Positions 1 to 9,916 are shown, counted from the stretch's first letter. The stretch: DNA of 64,000 bases from an uncultured Clostridia bacterium (GCA_948473085.1 CAOKWH010000006.1:6034-70033); one strand, 5' to 3'. Notes: generated by a model not told the origin, from the sequence alone. Made by a program: numbers and translations.

Positions 1-814
1 CGACACTGTTTACGGCATCCATCTGTACAACGCGCTGGAGTCGGGCAAGGTTGCCATCAATACCGGCAACACCATGTCCACTGCCATCGGCTTTAATGTA
101 ACCATCCACGGCACTGGCGGCCACGGTTCCCGTCCCGACCAGGCCAACAGCCCGCTGGACTGCTTTGTAGCTATCTACAACGCGCTGGAGTCCTGCCGCC
201 TGACCAAGTTTACCCCCTACGAGCCCCTGACCCTCTCGGTGGGCGTTCTGCAGGGCGGCGCCCAGGGCAATGTTATTCCCAATGACCTGACCTTTGGCGG
301 TACAGCGCGTCTGTTTAACCGGGAGCAGGTAGGCCTGCCGTTTGTGGAGTACTTCCGCAAGATGGTAGAGGGCATTGCTGCCGCCTATGACTGCACCGTT
401 ACCTTCAACAGCCTGTCCAGCCCCGGTTGGCCGGTTTATAACGATCCTGAGTGCGCCGAGTTTGCCCGCAAGGTAATTGGCGCTGAGCTGCCGGAAGGCA
501 CAGTATGCGAGGTTGAGCCCTGGATGGCTTCCGAGAGCTTTTCGATGCTCCAGAAGTGGGCTCCCGGTGTCTTTGCCCTGGTGGGCATCAACAATGCCGA
601 AAAGGGCACTGGTGCCCTGCACCACAACGAGTGCTTTGATGTGGATGAGGATGTGCTCAAGCTGGGCGTTACCGGCGCTGTTACCTATGCGCTGAAGTTC
701 TTAGAGAGCGATATTGATACATCCGACCGCAGATGGCAGGGTAGTATCCGTGAGATGCTGTCTGTTCGTGTTGCCCCCGAAATGCTGGATCTGTACTACG
801 ATACAACCAAGTAA
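1..814 (+). CDS. M20 family amidohydrolase/metallopeptidase, 5'-truncated by the window edge (frame continues from nt 2)
   Basis: Open frame from the window start. C-terminal half resembles M20D aminoacylase/hippurate hydrolase-type enzymes (GHGSRPD, GALHHNECFDVDEDVL). Followed by a terminator. Confidence 0.7.
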   Translation, partial: DTVYGIHLYNALESGKVAINTGNTMSTAIGFNVTIHGTGGHGSRPDQANSPLDCFVAIYNALESCRLTKFTPYEPLTLSVGVLQGGAQGNVIPNDLTFGGTARLFNREQVGLPFVEYFRKMVEGIAAAYDCTVTFNSLSSPGWPVYNDPECAEFARKVIGAELPEGTVCEVEPWMASESFSMLQKWAPGVFALVGINNAEKGTGALHHNECFDVDEDVLKLGVTGAVTYALKFLESDIDTSDRRWQGSIREMLSVRVAPEMLDLYYDTTK

Positions 815-831
815 CGATAAGTGTTTTAAAA

Positions 832-862
832 AGGCTCCCTGTGCCCCAGGGGGCCTTTTCCT
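832..862 (+). terminator. Intrinsic terminator after the amidohydrolase gene
   Basis: AGGCTCCCTG / CAGGGGGCCT stem (one G.U pair), 4-5 nt loop, then a T-rich tail. Confidence 0.6.
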
Positions 863-979
863 TTAAAATACAGGGCAGTTTTTTGGAAAAATGTCGATGT
901 TTAATTGAACAAAGCGCCTGGATGTGCTAAGCTAAGGATATAAACAGCAACCGGCTTCTGGCCGGTAAATAAAAAGGAG

Positions 980-2512
980 ATGGATGAAATCATGTCTTAC
1001 AGTCCAACACTCGGTTCGGCCTTTAATAAGACAAGGCTTCGGGATGGGGAACACCCCACCCCCTGTTCGGGGATGTGTTCGGTGTGCGGCGACTGCCCCG
1101 GCCTTTGTGAGATTGGCCTGGCAGCTGTGCGTGGCGCCGATACGGTGTATCCCACAGCCGGCGGCAATATGCAGTATGCCTCGGAAAAGGTATACCCGGT
1201 GGATCTTTCCCACTTCAACATCAATGGCCGGGTATTTGGCGCCCTGGGCGCCCCGGAGGAGAGCGCAGAGGCAACCGTGTTCCATGTGAATATGGAAACA
1301 GAGATCGGCCGCTACAACCCCATTAAGCTCAGGCTGCCGGTGGTGCTGCCGGCTATGGCCAAGCTGAACTGGCAGGATTACTTTGGCGGCGCAGCCATGG
1401 CTGGTGTGCTGGCTGTCATTGGCGAGGGCGCCATTGATAAGGATCCTGGCCTGGTGTGCGAGAATGCCAAAGTAAAGGATTGCCAGCTGCTCAAGGATAT
1501 GATTGGCGCCTTTAAAAAGTATTACCACGGCTATGGCGAGATTATTCTCCAGGTAAACTGTGACGACGACCTGCGGGGTGTGGCGGAGTATGCCATCCAG
1601 GAGTGTGGCGCCACCGCCATTGAGTTCAAGTTTGGCCAGTCGGCCAAGGGTATCCAGGCAATGGGCATTGTTGGCAGCCTGGAAGAGGCGCTGCGGAAGA
1701 AAGCCGCCGGTAGCCTGATTCTCCCCGACCCGGAGGACCCGGCTGTCCAGAAGGAATACCTGGCAGGCCGCGGGCCGCATTTCCGGGATTATAACCGCCT
1801 GCCTATGTGGAACGAGGCCTATTTGATGCAGCGTATTGCCCGCCTGCGGGAACTGGGTGCAAAGAATATCTTCTTTAAAATGGCCGGGTTTGACCCCCAG
1901 GATATGGAGAAGGTGCTGCGCATTGCATCGGCAGCCGGTGTGGATATGGTCACCTTTGACGGTGCCGGCGGCGGCAGTGGCAACAGCCCTGTAAAGATGA
2001 TGAACGAGTGGTGCTATCCCACCATTCAGATGGAGATGGAGCTGTACAGCATCTGTCAGCGCCTGGAGAAGGAGGGCTTGGAGCTGCCGGATATTGCAGT
2101 AACCGGCGGCATCGCTTCGGAGGATCAGATGTTTAAGGTGCTCGCTTTCGGCGCTCCCTATGTCACCGTAGTGGGAATTGGCCGTGCCGCCATGGCTGCC
2201 GCCATGAGCGCCAAGAAGGTAGGGGAGCTGATTGCTGAGGGCAAGGTCCCCCCGCAGTATGAAAAGTTTGGCAGCACTGTGGCAGAGATTTTTGCCGACC
2301 TGCGGGAGCTGCGCAGCGTGTATGGCGAAGAGGCCGACCGCTTCCCGGCAGGGGGCATCGGCACCTTCTCTTACCTGAACAAGCTGCACCTGGGTATGCG
2401 CCAGTTCCTGGCACTGAACCGGAAGTTCGATGTTGCCTATATCGGCCGGGAGGATATCTTCCCCTTGACCTATGAGGCACGGGATTTGCTGGACGGCAGC
2501 TATCTGAAGTAG
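980..2512 (+). CDS. FMN-binding glutamate synthase-family protein (GltB domain-2-like) with an N-terminal Cys cluster
   Basis: 510-aa ORF. N-terminal CSGMCSVCGDCPGLC cluster and C-terminal TIM-barrel-like region (FDGAGGGSGNSP, VTGGIASEDQ) typical of glutamate synthase-related flavoproteins. GGAG upstream; ATG at 992 is an alternative start. Confidence 0.7.
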   Translation: MDEIMSYSPTLGSAFNKTRLRDGEHPTPCSGMCSVCGDCPGLCEIGLAAVRGADTVYPTAGGNMQYASEKVYPVDLSHFNINGRVFGALGAPEESAEATVFHVNMETEIGRYNPIKLRLPVVLPAMAKLNWQDYFGGAAMAGVLAVIGEGAIDKDPGLVCENAKVKDCQLLKDMIGAFKKYYHGYGEIILQVNCDDDLRGVAEYAIQECGATAIEFKFGQSAKGIQAMGIVGSLEEALRKKAAGSLILPDPEDPAVQKEYLAGRGPHFRDYNRLPMWNEAYLMQRIARLRELGAKNIFFKMAGFDPQDMEKVLRIASAAGVDMVTFDGAGGGSGNSPVKMMNEWCYPTIQMEMELYSICQRLEKEGLELPDIAVTGGIASEDQMFKVLAFGAPYVTVVGIGRAAMAAAMSAKKVGELIAEGKVPPQYEKFGSTVAEIFADLRELRSVYGEEADRFPAGGIGTFSYLNKLHLGMRQFLALNRKFDVAYIGREDIFPLTYEARDLLDGSYLK

Positions 2513-2536
2513 GCTATAACCTGAAAAGGCAGAGCA

Positions 2537-2579
2537 GGGGCGTCCTGGTTTATCCGGAACGCCCTTTCTCTTGTTTTTC
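2537..2579 (+). terminator. Possible intrinsic terminator
   Basis: GGGCGTCC...GGAACGCCC imperfect hairpin followed by TTTCTCTTGTTTTT. Confidence 0.4.
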
Positions 2580-2603
2580 TATCAGGGCTGGAGGAAAGAT
2601 TAT

Positions 2604-3020
2604 ATGGTAAAATACACCATTGATGGTTGGTGTATCCCGCTGCCGGAGGAGTGGACCCCATCCGTTGACAGGGAATCGGGACAGATTATCTTTGATACAG
2701 AGGAAGGGGCAACCCTCTATCTTTCGGTCAAAAACTTTGGAAGGCCGGAGACAGGGGAAAAAGCCGACGCAAAAACGGTTGGTTCTATCGTGCTGAGGGC
2801 CTTTGAGTCCCAGGGGATGAAGAGATGGAAGGGCTTTTCCCGGCATTATCCCGAAGGATTCCCCACCTACATAGGCAAAGGCATTACTACCGATGGGTAT
2901 CCAATCGTCGCCTGTGCTGTTTGCACCGTGGGCAGTGCATTTCTGTTTTATGTTGTGGGGGATAGCGGGACCGATTTGGAGGAATATGTGCAGTATATTA
3001 AATGGATTGAATGGATATAG
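2604..3020 (+). CDS. Hypothetical small cytoplasmic protein
   Basis: ORF with GGAGGA 8 nt upstream of ATG 2604 (track start 2571 has no RBS). No family recognised. Confidence 0.5.
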   Translation: MVKYTIDGWCIPLPEEWTPSVDRESGQIIFDTEEGATLYLSVKNFGRPETGEKADAKTVGSIVLRAFESQGMKRWKGFSRHYPEGFPTYIGKGITTDGYPIVACAVCTVGSAFLFYVVGDSGTDLEEYVQYIKWIEWI

Positions 3021-3286
3021 CACCCAAAGGGGCTGCCTTGCTTTTTATATAGTATAGAGGGAAGGGGATTTTTCCCTCTATGAAAATTTTACACAGTTCC
3101 GGTTGCTATCGGATAGGAAAGCGTTTATAATAAAAAACTGGGCAGATGGCTTGTTTACGCCGATTTCTTGTTAATTTGATAACAAAGACTGTATGTTGCT
3201 ATCGGTTATTTGCACAGATTTTATAGTCAGTTTTTGTGGTAAATATATAAAAATTTGGTGACAAAGTGGATAAAAGCCCTTAATTA

Positions 3287-3315
3287 TTGACTTTATTGTC
3301 AATACCATTTAGAAT
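3287..3315 (+). promoter_or_regulatory. Candidate sigma-A promoter upstream of apbE, overlapping a palindrome
   Basis: TTGACT-17 nt-TAGAAT. The -35 lies inside palindrome ATTGAC-N6-GTCAAT (3286-3303). Confidence 0.4.
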
Positions 3316-3420
3316 AAAAAACTGATACATTGGCCTTTTTATTCATAAATTGGCCATGTCTTGGCAATATTGTACTAAATGGAGTTTTCGTCTGCCCATT
3401 TCTGTAAAAAGGAGCGTCAG

Positions 3421-4491
3421 TTGAACAGAAAAGTGCTTTTTGGCGGTTGCGCTGCTATTTTTTTGTCCATTGCAGTTTTTCTGCTCCAGGGTGGAGCAGG
3501 GCAGAAGCCTGTGGAAGAAACAGCCGATTATGGCGGTTTCCGCGCCGGGGTTACCTATGCCATGAATACAGTGGTGGAGCAGAAATGGTATGGCGAAAAT
3601 GCCGACAGTGTCTACGCCGGTGTGGAGGCGCTCATCCGGGAACTGGAGGGCGGGCTTTCCATGCACCTGCCTAAGTCGGAAATTATGGCTATTAACCAGA
3701 ACGCCGGCGTCCAGCCGGTGCAGGTTTCCCAGCGTACCTTTGACCTGCTTTACCGGGCCAAGGAACTATCCAATCAGTCCGGTGGGAGCTTTGATATTAC
3801 CATTGCGCCGTTGGTGGAGCTGTGGGGGATCACCTCCGATCATCCCCGGGTACCGGGGGAGGAGGAGCTGGCCGCCGCCCTTGCCCTGGTGGGGGTGGAG
3901 GAGCTGGAACTGGACACCGAAGGACGCACGGCCTATCTGCCCCGGCAGGGAATGGCTATAGACCTGGGCGGAATTGCCAAAGGCTGGGCTTGTGACCAAA
4001 TCCGGGACTATGCGCTGGCGCAGGGGGTCGAGCGGGGGTATGTATCCCTGGGCGGCAACCTGATGGTAATTGGCAAAAAGCCGGATGGCTCCGATTTTCT
4101 GTTCGGCCTGCGGGATCCGCAGGGGGATGCTTCCGAGTATATTGGCACCCTTATGCTGGAAGGGCTGACAATGGCCACCACCGGCGGCTACGAACGCTAC
4201 TTTGAACAGGATGGCGTCCGATACCACCATGTGCTGGACCCCCAGACGGGGCGCCCTGCCGAGAGTGACCTGCTCAGTGTAACAGTCATCAGCCCGGATG
4301 GCACTTTGGCCGATTATCTCTCCACTGTACTATTTATACAGGGACGGGAGGCTGCCATTGCTGTGGCCAACGAGGAGGCTTTCTCGCTTGTTATCGTGGA
4401 CCGGGAGGGGAATGTGTATCTCTCCCCGGCGCTGAAAGGGGTATTTACCCCCAATGAGGAAAAAACGGCATACCACTTTATTTATCTGTAA
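3421..4491 (+). CDS. apbE: FAD:protein FMN transferase ApbE (lipoprotein)
   Basis: ApbE-family sequence (DLGGIAKGWA, TTGGYERYF, HHVLDPQTG). TTG 3421 has GGAG 6 nt upstream and gives a lipobox-like LFGGC. The track start at 3379 has no RBS. Confidence 0.85.
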   Translation: MNRKVLFGGCAAIFLSIAVFLLQGGAGQKPVEETADYGGFRAGVTYAMNTVVEQKWYGENADSVYAGVEALIRELEGGLSMHLPKSEIMAINQNAGVQPVQVSQRTFDLLYRAKELSNQSGGSFDITIAPLVELWGITSDHPRVPGEEELAAALALVGVEELELDTEGRTAYLPRQGMAIDLGGIAKGWACDQIRDYALAQGVERGYVSLGGNLMVIGKKPDGSDFLFGLRDPQGDASEYIGTLMLEGLTMATTGGYERYFEQDGVRYHHVLDPQTGRPAESDLLSVTVISPDGTLADYLSTVLFIQGREAAIAVANEEAFSLVIVDREGNVYLSPALKGVFTPNEEKTAYHFIYL

Positions 4492-4515
4492 AACAGGTGT
4501 TGGGGGAAACAGGGC

Positions 4516-5067
4516 ATGGAGCAGTATGGCAAAACAAACCGGAATGCCAGGGTAAAACAGACTGTGTTTATGGGGCTGCTTTTTGCTCTGGCTATGGTGC
4601 TAAGCTATATTGAGGCAATGATAACGGTGCCGGGCCTGCCTCCTGGGGTAAAGCTGGGGCTTTCCAACATTGTAACCATGTATTGCGTGTTTTTTCTGGG
4701 CTGGCGGCAGGCCTTTACCCTGGCTGTACTCAAGGGATTTTTTACCCTGCTTACCCGGGGGGTAGTGGCGGCGTGCATGAGCACCGCGGGCGGCCTGGTT
4801 TCGGTGAGCGTAATGCTGTTTCTTATCAGCTTGAAAAAACTAAACCTGAGCTACACGCTTATCAGTGTGTTTGGCTCGTTGGGGCACAACTTCGGCCAGC
4901 TGGCAATGGCGTCGGTTATTATGCAGTCGGGGTTTGTCCTTTATTATCTGCCTATAATGGCGGTATCCGGCGTGGGTATGGGTGTTGTCACCGGTATTAT
5001 CCTGCGTGTGATGTTGCCTTATATGAATAAATTGCAGCCCTCTCAGGGGTCGCTGCAAGCCAAATGA
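4516..5067 (+). CDS. Gx transporter family membrane protein (heptaprenyl-diphosphate-synthase component I-like)
   Basis: 183-aa polytopic protein with PGVKLGLSNIV and GHNFGQL motifs, as I recall for this family. Confidence 0.65.
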   Translation: MEQYGKTNRNARVKQTVFMGLLFALAMVLSYIEAMITVPGLPPGVKLGLSNIVTMYCVFFLGWRQAFTLAVLKGFFTLLTRGVVAACMSTAGGLVSVSVMLFLISLKKLNLSYTLISVFGSLGHNFGQLAMASVIMQSGFVLYYLPIMAVSGVGMGVVTGIILRVMLPYMNKLQPSQGSLQAK

Positions 5068-5165
5068 CTTATCGCTATAACGGGGTGGAGCGGGCAACAG
5101 GTGCTTCAAGCCGTTTTTTAGGGGTAATATGGTAAAAAAACTTCTTTAACAGGAGGAAAACTATC

Positions 5166-6470
5166 GTGTCAAAGCTTTTTTCAAAATCTTTGAGTGGCGT
5201 CAAGGTTCCGCACAGCAAAAACACAGCTGATATGGAAACCGTTCTGATGCCTGTGCCCGACAAGGTAGTGATACCGATGAAGCAGCACATGGGCCGGGAA
5301 TGCGTTCCTACCGTAAAGCTGACTGACCTTGTAAAAGTGGGCCAGGTTATCGGTGATACCGATGCCTTTATTGGGGCACCTATCCACTCCAGCGTTTCCG
5401 GTAAGGTCACCAAGATTGATGACATTATCGGCACCGACGGCTCTTCCATGAAGGCGGTTGTGATTGAAACTGACAAGCTGCAGGAGGTGGACGAGTCGGT
5501 GAAGGCTCCCGAAGTAACCGACCTCCGGAGCTTTGCAGATGCCATCCGCCGGTCCGGCCTGGTGGGCCTGGGCGGCGCCGGATTCCCCACCCATGTCAAG
5601 CTGGTTCCCCAGAACCTGGATGAGGTAACCACACTGCTGGTAAACGGCGCCGAGTGTGAGCCGTACATCACAGCGGACAACCGTGCCATGCTGGAGGATA
5701 CTGACAGCATTGTAGAGGGCATCAAGCTGGTTATGCAGTACATGAACCTGTCCACTGCCATTATTGGCATAGAGGATAACAAGCCCCAGGCTATCCAGAA
5801 GCTCCAGTCCGCCGTTTCCGGCATGGAGGGCGTTTCGGTCAAGGCCTTGCAGGCCCAGTACCCCCAGGGCGGCGAAAAGGTGCTGATTTTTGAGTGCACC
5901 GGCAAGGTTGTGCCCGAGGGCAAACTGCCCAGCGATGTGGGCTGTGTGGTGATGAATGTATCTACCATAGCCTTTATTGCCAAGTATATGCGCACTGGTA
6001 TGCCGCTGGTATCCAAGCGTGTTACAGTGGATGGCGACGCCGTTGCCGAGCCCAAGAATGTGGAGGTGGCCATTGGTACAGCCTTTGGCGATGTACTGGA
6101 CTTCTGCGGCGGGTTTAAAACCGAGCCGAAAAAGGTAATCATGGGCGGCCCCATGATGGGCTTTGCCGTGCCTTCGCTGGATATGCCCGTTATGAAGAAC
6201 AATAACGCCATCCTGGCATTCAGTGCCGAGAAGGCGGCTGAGGCTGAAAAGCCGGAAAGCCCCTGCATCCGCTGTGCCAGATGTGTCAACGCCTGCCCGT
6301 TTGATTTGATGCCTGCTGCCATCGAAAAGGCATACAAGGCCGGCAACATCGACGGCCTGAAGGCGCTGAAGGTGAACCTGTGTATGGAGTGCGGCTGCTG
6401 CTCCTATGTCTGCCCGGCCAAGCGGAACCTTGTAACCGTAAACCGGCTTGCAAAGCAGCTGATTAAGTAA
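5166..6470 (+). CDS. rnfC: Rnf electron transport complex subunit C
   Basis: GTG start with AGGAGG 9 nt upstream. GLGGAGFPT NADH/FMN site and two 4Fe-4S motifs (CIRCARCVNACP, CMECGCCSYVCP). Confidence 0.9.
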   Translation: MSKLFSKSLSGVKVPHSKNTADMETVLMPVPDKVVIPMKQHMGRECVPTVKLTDLVKVGQVIGDTDAFIGAPIHSSVSGKVTKIDDIIGTDGSSMKAVVIETDKLQEVDESVKAPEVTDLRSFADAIRRSGLVGLGGAGFPTHVKLVPQNLDEVTTLLVNGAECEPYITADNRAMLEDTDSIVEGIKLVMQYMNLSTAIIGIEDNKPQAIQKLQSAVSGMEGVSVKALQAQYPQGGEKVLIFECTGKVVPEGKLPSDVGCVVMNVSTIAFIAKYMRTGMPLVSKRVTVDGDAVAEPKNVEVAIGTAFGDVLDFCGGFKTEPKKVIMGGPMMGFAVPSLDMPVMKNNNAILAFSAEKAAEAEKPESPCIRCARCVNACPFDLMPAAIEKAYKAGNIDGLKALKVNLCMECGCCSYVCPAKRNLVTVNRLAKQLIK

Positions 6471-6489
6471 TTGAAAGGAGCAAGTAAGC

Positions 6490-7440
6490 GTGAGTACAAT
6501 TGCAAACAAACTGACTGTGGCTCCTTCTCCGCATATCAAGGATAAGGCGTCCACTTCCTCCCTGATGCTGAGCGTTGTCATCGCTCTGCTGCCTGCGGCG
6601 ATTGCATCGGTGGTTATCTTTGGCATCAGCTCCCTCGTTCTCATCGCCACCTGTGTAATCAGCTGTGTGCTGAGTGAGTATCTATTCAATATGCTCTGCA
6701 AAAAGCCCCAGACCGTAGGGGATTTAAGCGCCGTTGTAACCGGCGTTCTGCTGGCATTCAACCTGCCCTCCACCTTTCCCATCTGGATGGCTGTAGTGGG
6801 TTCGGTGGCCGCCATTGTAGTGGTAAAGGGGCTGTTTGGCGGTATCGGCCAGAATTTTGCAAACCCTGCCATTGCCGGCCGTATCATCCTGCTTATCTCC
6901 TTTGCCGGCCCGATGACCGAGTTTATGGTGCCCCGGAAGATTATGGGCGGCTATGAGCTGGTAAGCGGCGCTACCCCCCTGGCAATGAACGCCAGCGGCG
7001 AGGTAGTGGGCATCCCCTCTTATATGGATATGTTCCTGGGGATGCGGGGCGGCTCTTTGGGCGAAACCTGCATTGCAGCGCTGCTGCTGGGCGGCATTTT
7101 CCTCATTGTGCGCAAGGTTATCAGCCCCATCATCCCGGTTTCCTACCTGGCAACAGTGGCAGTATTTGCCCTGCTGGTGGGGGAGGATCCCATTTTCCAC
7201 CTGCTGGCTGGCGGTGTGGTTCTGGGCGCCTTCTTTATGGCCACCGACTATGTTACCTCCCCGGTAACCGATAAGGGCAAGCTGATTTTTGGCATTGGCT
7301 GTGGGCTGATTACCATGCTCATCCGGGTGTTCGGCTCCTATCCCGAGGGTACCTCCTTTGCCATCCTACTGATGAATATTATTACCCCGCATATTGATAA
7401 CCTTACAAAGTCCGTGCCCTTTGGAGGTGTTACAAAGTAA
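6490..7440 (+). CDS. rnfD: Rnf complex subunit D
   Basis: Polytopic NqrB/RnfD-like protein with an SGATPL flavinylation-type motif. Gene order is rnfC-D-G-E-A-B. Confidence 0.9.
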   Translation: MSTIANKLTVAPSPHIKDKASTSSLMLSVVIALLPAAIASVVIFGISSLVLIATCVISCVLSEYLFNMLCKKPQTVGDLSAVVTGVLLAFNLPSTFPIWMAVVGSVAAIVVVKGLFGGIGQNFANPAIAGRIILLISFAGPMTEFMVPRKIMGGYELVSGATPLAMNASGEVVGIPSYMDMFLGMRGGSLGETCIAALLLGGIFLIVRKVISPIIPVSYLATVAVFALLVGEDPIFHLLAGGVVLGAFFMATDYVTSPVTDKGKLIFGIGCGLITMLIRVFGSYPEGTSFAILLMNIITPHIDNLTKSVPFGGVTK

Positions 7441-8627
7441 TGAATATGTTTAAAGATTTTGTATTGCCGCCGCTGGTCCTGACCATTATTTGTATTGTGG
7501 TGTCGGCTGCGCTGGTGGCAACCGAAAGCATTACAACCCCGATTATTGAAGAACAGCAGAAAGCGGCTGCCGATGCCGCCCGTGCAGTGGTACTGCCCGG
7601 CGCCTCCGGCTTTGAGCTGCTGAGTGTGACCGATATGCCGGAAGGCGGCGTGGATGCCTACAAGGCTACTGACGGCAGCGGCTATGTCATCACTGCCCAG
7701 GCCAAGGGCTATGGCGGCCAGCTGAAGGTTATGGTGGGCATTGACAGCAACGGCCTGATTGCCGGCACCCAGGTGCTGGAAAACAATGAAACACAGGGCC
7801 TTGGTTCCCGTGTTTCGGACGCTTCGTTTATGAACCAGTATGTGGGCAAGGATTCCACCCTGGAAGGGATTGAAACCATTGGCGGTGTTACCATCTCCTC
7901 TAATGCCTTCAACAAGGCTGTACAGAACGCCTACCAGGTATATGGCCAGGTAGCAGGCGTGGCTGTGGCCGGAAATGAGCGGGATCCCATCACCGATGAG
8001 GTGAAGACCCAGCTGTTCCCCGATGTAACCGCCTTTAACCGCTATGCAGTGGAGGGTGAGGCTTACAAGGCTGGAAACGCCGGATATATTGTTGTAACCT
8101 CCAATGCCGGTTTTGCTGGGGATGTAACCACTGCCATCGGCTTTGACCTGAATGGCGCCGTCACCGGTGTGGTATTCACTGAAACAAACGAAACTGACGA
8201 TTACGGCGAGCAGTATACCCGCAAGTCCTGGCGGGAGGCCCAGGTGGGCAAAACCTCTGCCGACCAGCTGAACCTCATTGCCGGTGCTACTGTGACCGGT
8301 GATGCCCTGCGGGCTAACTTTACCGAGGCATTCGAGCTGCTGGCTACCCTGCCGGAGGCCGCTTTGGAGTATGAGGGCGCAGCCGAGGGCTACAACGGTA
8401 CCATGACTGTCTATGTGGGCATTGATGCCGCTGGCACTATTACCAGTGTACGGCTGGGGGAGAGCGGGGACGACTTTGTCACCAAGGTTGAGGACGAGGC
8501 TTTTTCCTCCCAGTTTATCGGCAAAACCTCTACAGACGGCATTGAAACCATCAGCGGCGCCACAATGTCCTCTACAGCCTTTATCAAGGCGGTAGATGCT
8601 GCCCTGGCCGCACAGAAGGGAGCATAA
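7440..8627 (+). CDS. rnfG: Rnf complex subunit G, extended form with three FMN_bind-like modules
   Basis: N-terminal TM helix, then three mutually alignable modules ending in GGVTISS, AGATVTG and SGATMSS. At 395 aa it is about twice the length I recall for typical RnfG. Confidence 0.85.
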   Translation: MNMFKDFVLPPLVLTIICIVVSAALVATESITTPIIEEQQKAAADAARAVVLPGASGFELLSVTDMPEGGVDAYKATDGSGYVITAQAKGYGGQLKVMVGIDSNGLIAGTQVLENNETQGLGSRVSDASFMNQYVGKDSTLEGIETIGGVTISSNAFNKAVQNAYQVYGQVAGVAVAGNERDPITDEVKTQLFPDVTAFNRYAVEGEAYKAGNAGYIVVTSNAGFAGDVTTAIGFDLNGAVTGVVFTETNETDDYGEQYTRKSWREAQVGKTSADQLNLIAGATVTGDALRANFTEAFELLATLPEAALEYEGAAEGYNGTMTVYVGIDAAGTITSVRLGESGDDFVTKVEDEAFSSQFIGKTSTDGIETISGATMSSTAFIKAVDAALAAQKGA

Positions 8628-8633
8628 GGTATC

Positions 8634-9299
8634 GTGAAAAAGAATAAACTGCAAATTTTAACAAACGGTATCATTAAGGAGAACCCTGTACTGGTGCTGA
8701 TGTTGGGCACCTGTCCCACACTGGCTACCACTACCTCGGCCATCAATGGCCTGGGCATGGGTGTTGCTGCCACAGCTGTTCTGGTTTTCTCCAATATGAT
8801 TATCTCCATGCTTAAATCGGTCATTCCCGATAAGGTGCGTATTCCCTGCTATATTGTTGTTATTGCTGGGCTTGTAACAGTGGTACAGATGTTTGTCCAG
8901 GCCTATGCGCCGGATCTGTACACAGCGCTGGGCGTGTTCCTGCCGCTGATTGTTGTAAACTGCATTATCCTTGGGCGTGCCGAAATGTTTGCCAGCAAAA
9001 ACTCGGTGGTAGATTCTGCCCTGGACGGCATTGGCATGGGCCTTGGCTTTACACTGGCCCTGTTTATGATGGGCGCCATCCGTGAGCTGCTGGGCGCCGG
9101 TACCATCTTTGGTGCACCGGTACTGGGCACTCCCATCTCCATCTTCGGCGTTGCTCCCGGCGGCTTCTTCGTATTCGGCTGCCTGGTTGCCTTGGTGAAT
9201 AAGATTACCAAGGGTAAGGCCATCAAGAAGAAGGAATTCAGCTGTGCCGGCTGCCCTGCTGCCAGTATCTGTGGCCAGGCCCAGAAGGGAGAGTGCTAA
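8634..9299 (+). CDS. rnfE: Rnf complex subunit E
   Basis: GTG start. NqrD/RnfE-like polytopic protein (LGTCPTLA, VVNCIILGRAE) plus a C-terminal Cys-containing tail. Confidence 0.9.
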   Translation: MKKNKLQILTNGIIKENPVLVLMLGTCPTLATTTSAINGLGMGVAATAVLVFSNMIISMLKSVIPDKVRIPCYIVVIAGLVTVVQMFVQAYAPDLYTALGVFLPLIVVNCIILGRAEMFASKNSVVDSALDGIGMGLGFTLALFMMGAIRELLGAGTIFGAPVLGTPISIFGVAPGGFFVFGCLVALVNKITKGKAIKKKEFSCAGCPAASICGQAQKGEC

Positions 9300-9302
9300 T
9301 CA

Positions 9303-9893
9303 ATGAAAGAAATGATGATTATTCTGTTCAGCGCCATCCTGGTGGATAACTTTGTATTGTCCAAGTTTATGGGTATCTGCCCCTTCCTGGGTGTATCCAA
9401 AAAACTGGATTCTGCCGTGGGTATGAGCGCCGCCGTTATCTTTGTTATGTTGATGGCCACTGCGGTTACCTGGCCTATCTATGACATGCTGCTGGCCCCT
9501 AACAATTTGGCCTATCTGCAAACGGTCGTATTTATTCTGGTTATTGCCTCGCTGGTACAGCTGGTAGAGGTTATTCTTAAAAAGTATGTGCCCGCCCTGC
9601 ACAAGTCGCTGGGTGTATACCTGCCGCTGATTACCACCAACTGCGCTGTACTGGGTGTAACTGTGCTGAACATTACCGAGCAGTACAACTTTACCGAATC
9701 GATGGTAAATGCCCTGGGCGCTGGTATTGGCTTTATGCTGGCTATGGTGCTGTTTGCCGGTGTGCGTCAGCGCCTGGAGAATATCGATGCTCCAGAGTGC
9801 TTCCAGGGCCTGCCCATCACACTCATTGCTGCATCTATCGTATCTGCCTCCTTTATTGGCTTTGGCGGCGTAGTAGATGGCCTGTTCAGATAA
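9303..9893 (+). CDS. rnfA: Rnf complex subunit A
   Basis: NqrE/RnfA-like polytopic protein (GICPFLGVS, ITTNCAVLG). Confidence 0.9.
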   Translation: MKEMMIILFSAILVDNFVLSKFMGICPFLGVSKKLDSAVGMSAAVIFVMLMATAVTWPIYDMLLAPNNLAYLQTVVFILVIASLVQLVEVILKKYVPALHKSLGVYLPLITTNCAVLGVTVLNITEQYNFTESMVNALGAGIGFMLAMVLFAGVRQRLENIDAPECFQGLPITLIAASIVSASFIGFGGVVDGLFR

Positions 9894-9916
9894 TTGAGTA
9901 GATAGGAGTTTAAAAA

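Noticed and set aside
932-2389. 485-aa minus-strand ORF
   Set aside because: It is antisense to the glutamate-synthase-family gene. Its composition is His/Gly/Ala/Leu-rich and it has no motifs.
5075-6887. 424-aa and 568-aa minus-strand ORFs
   Set aside because: They are antisense to rnfC and rnfD, which have clear family motifs, RBSs and operon context. The products look like compositional artefacts.
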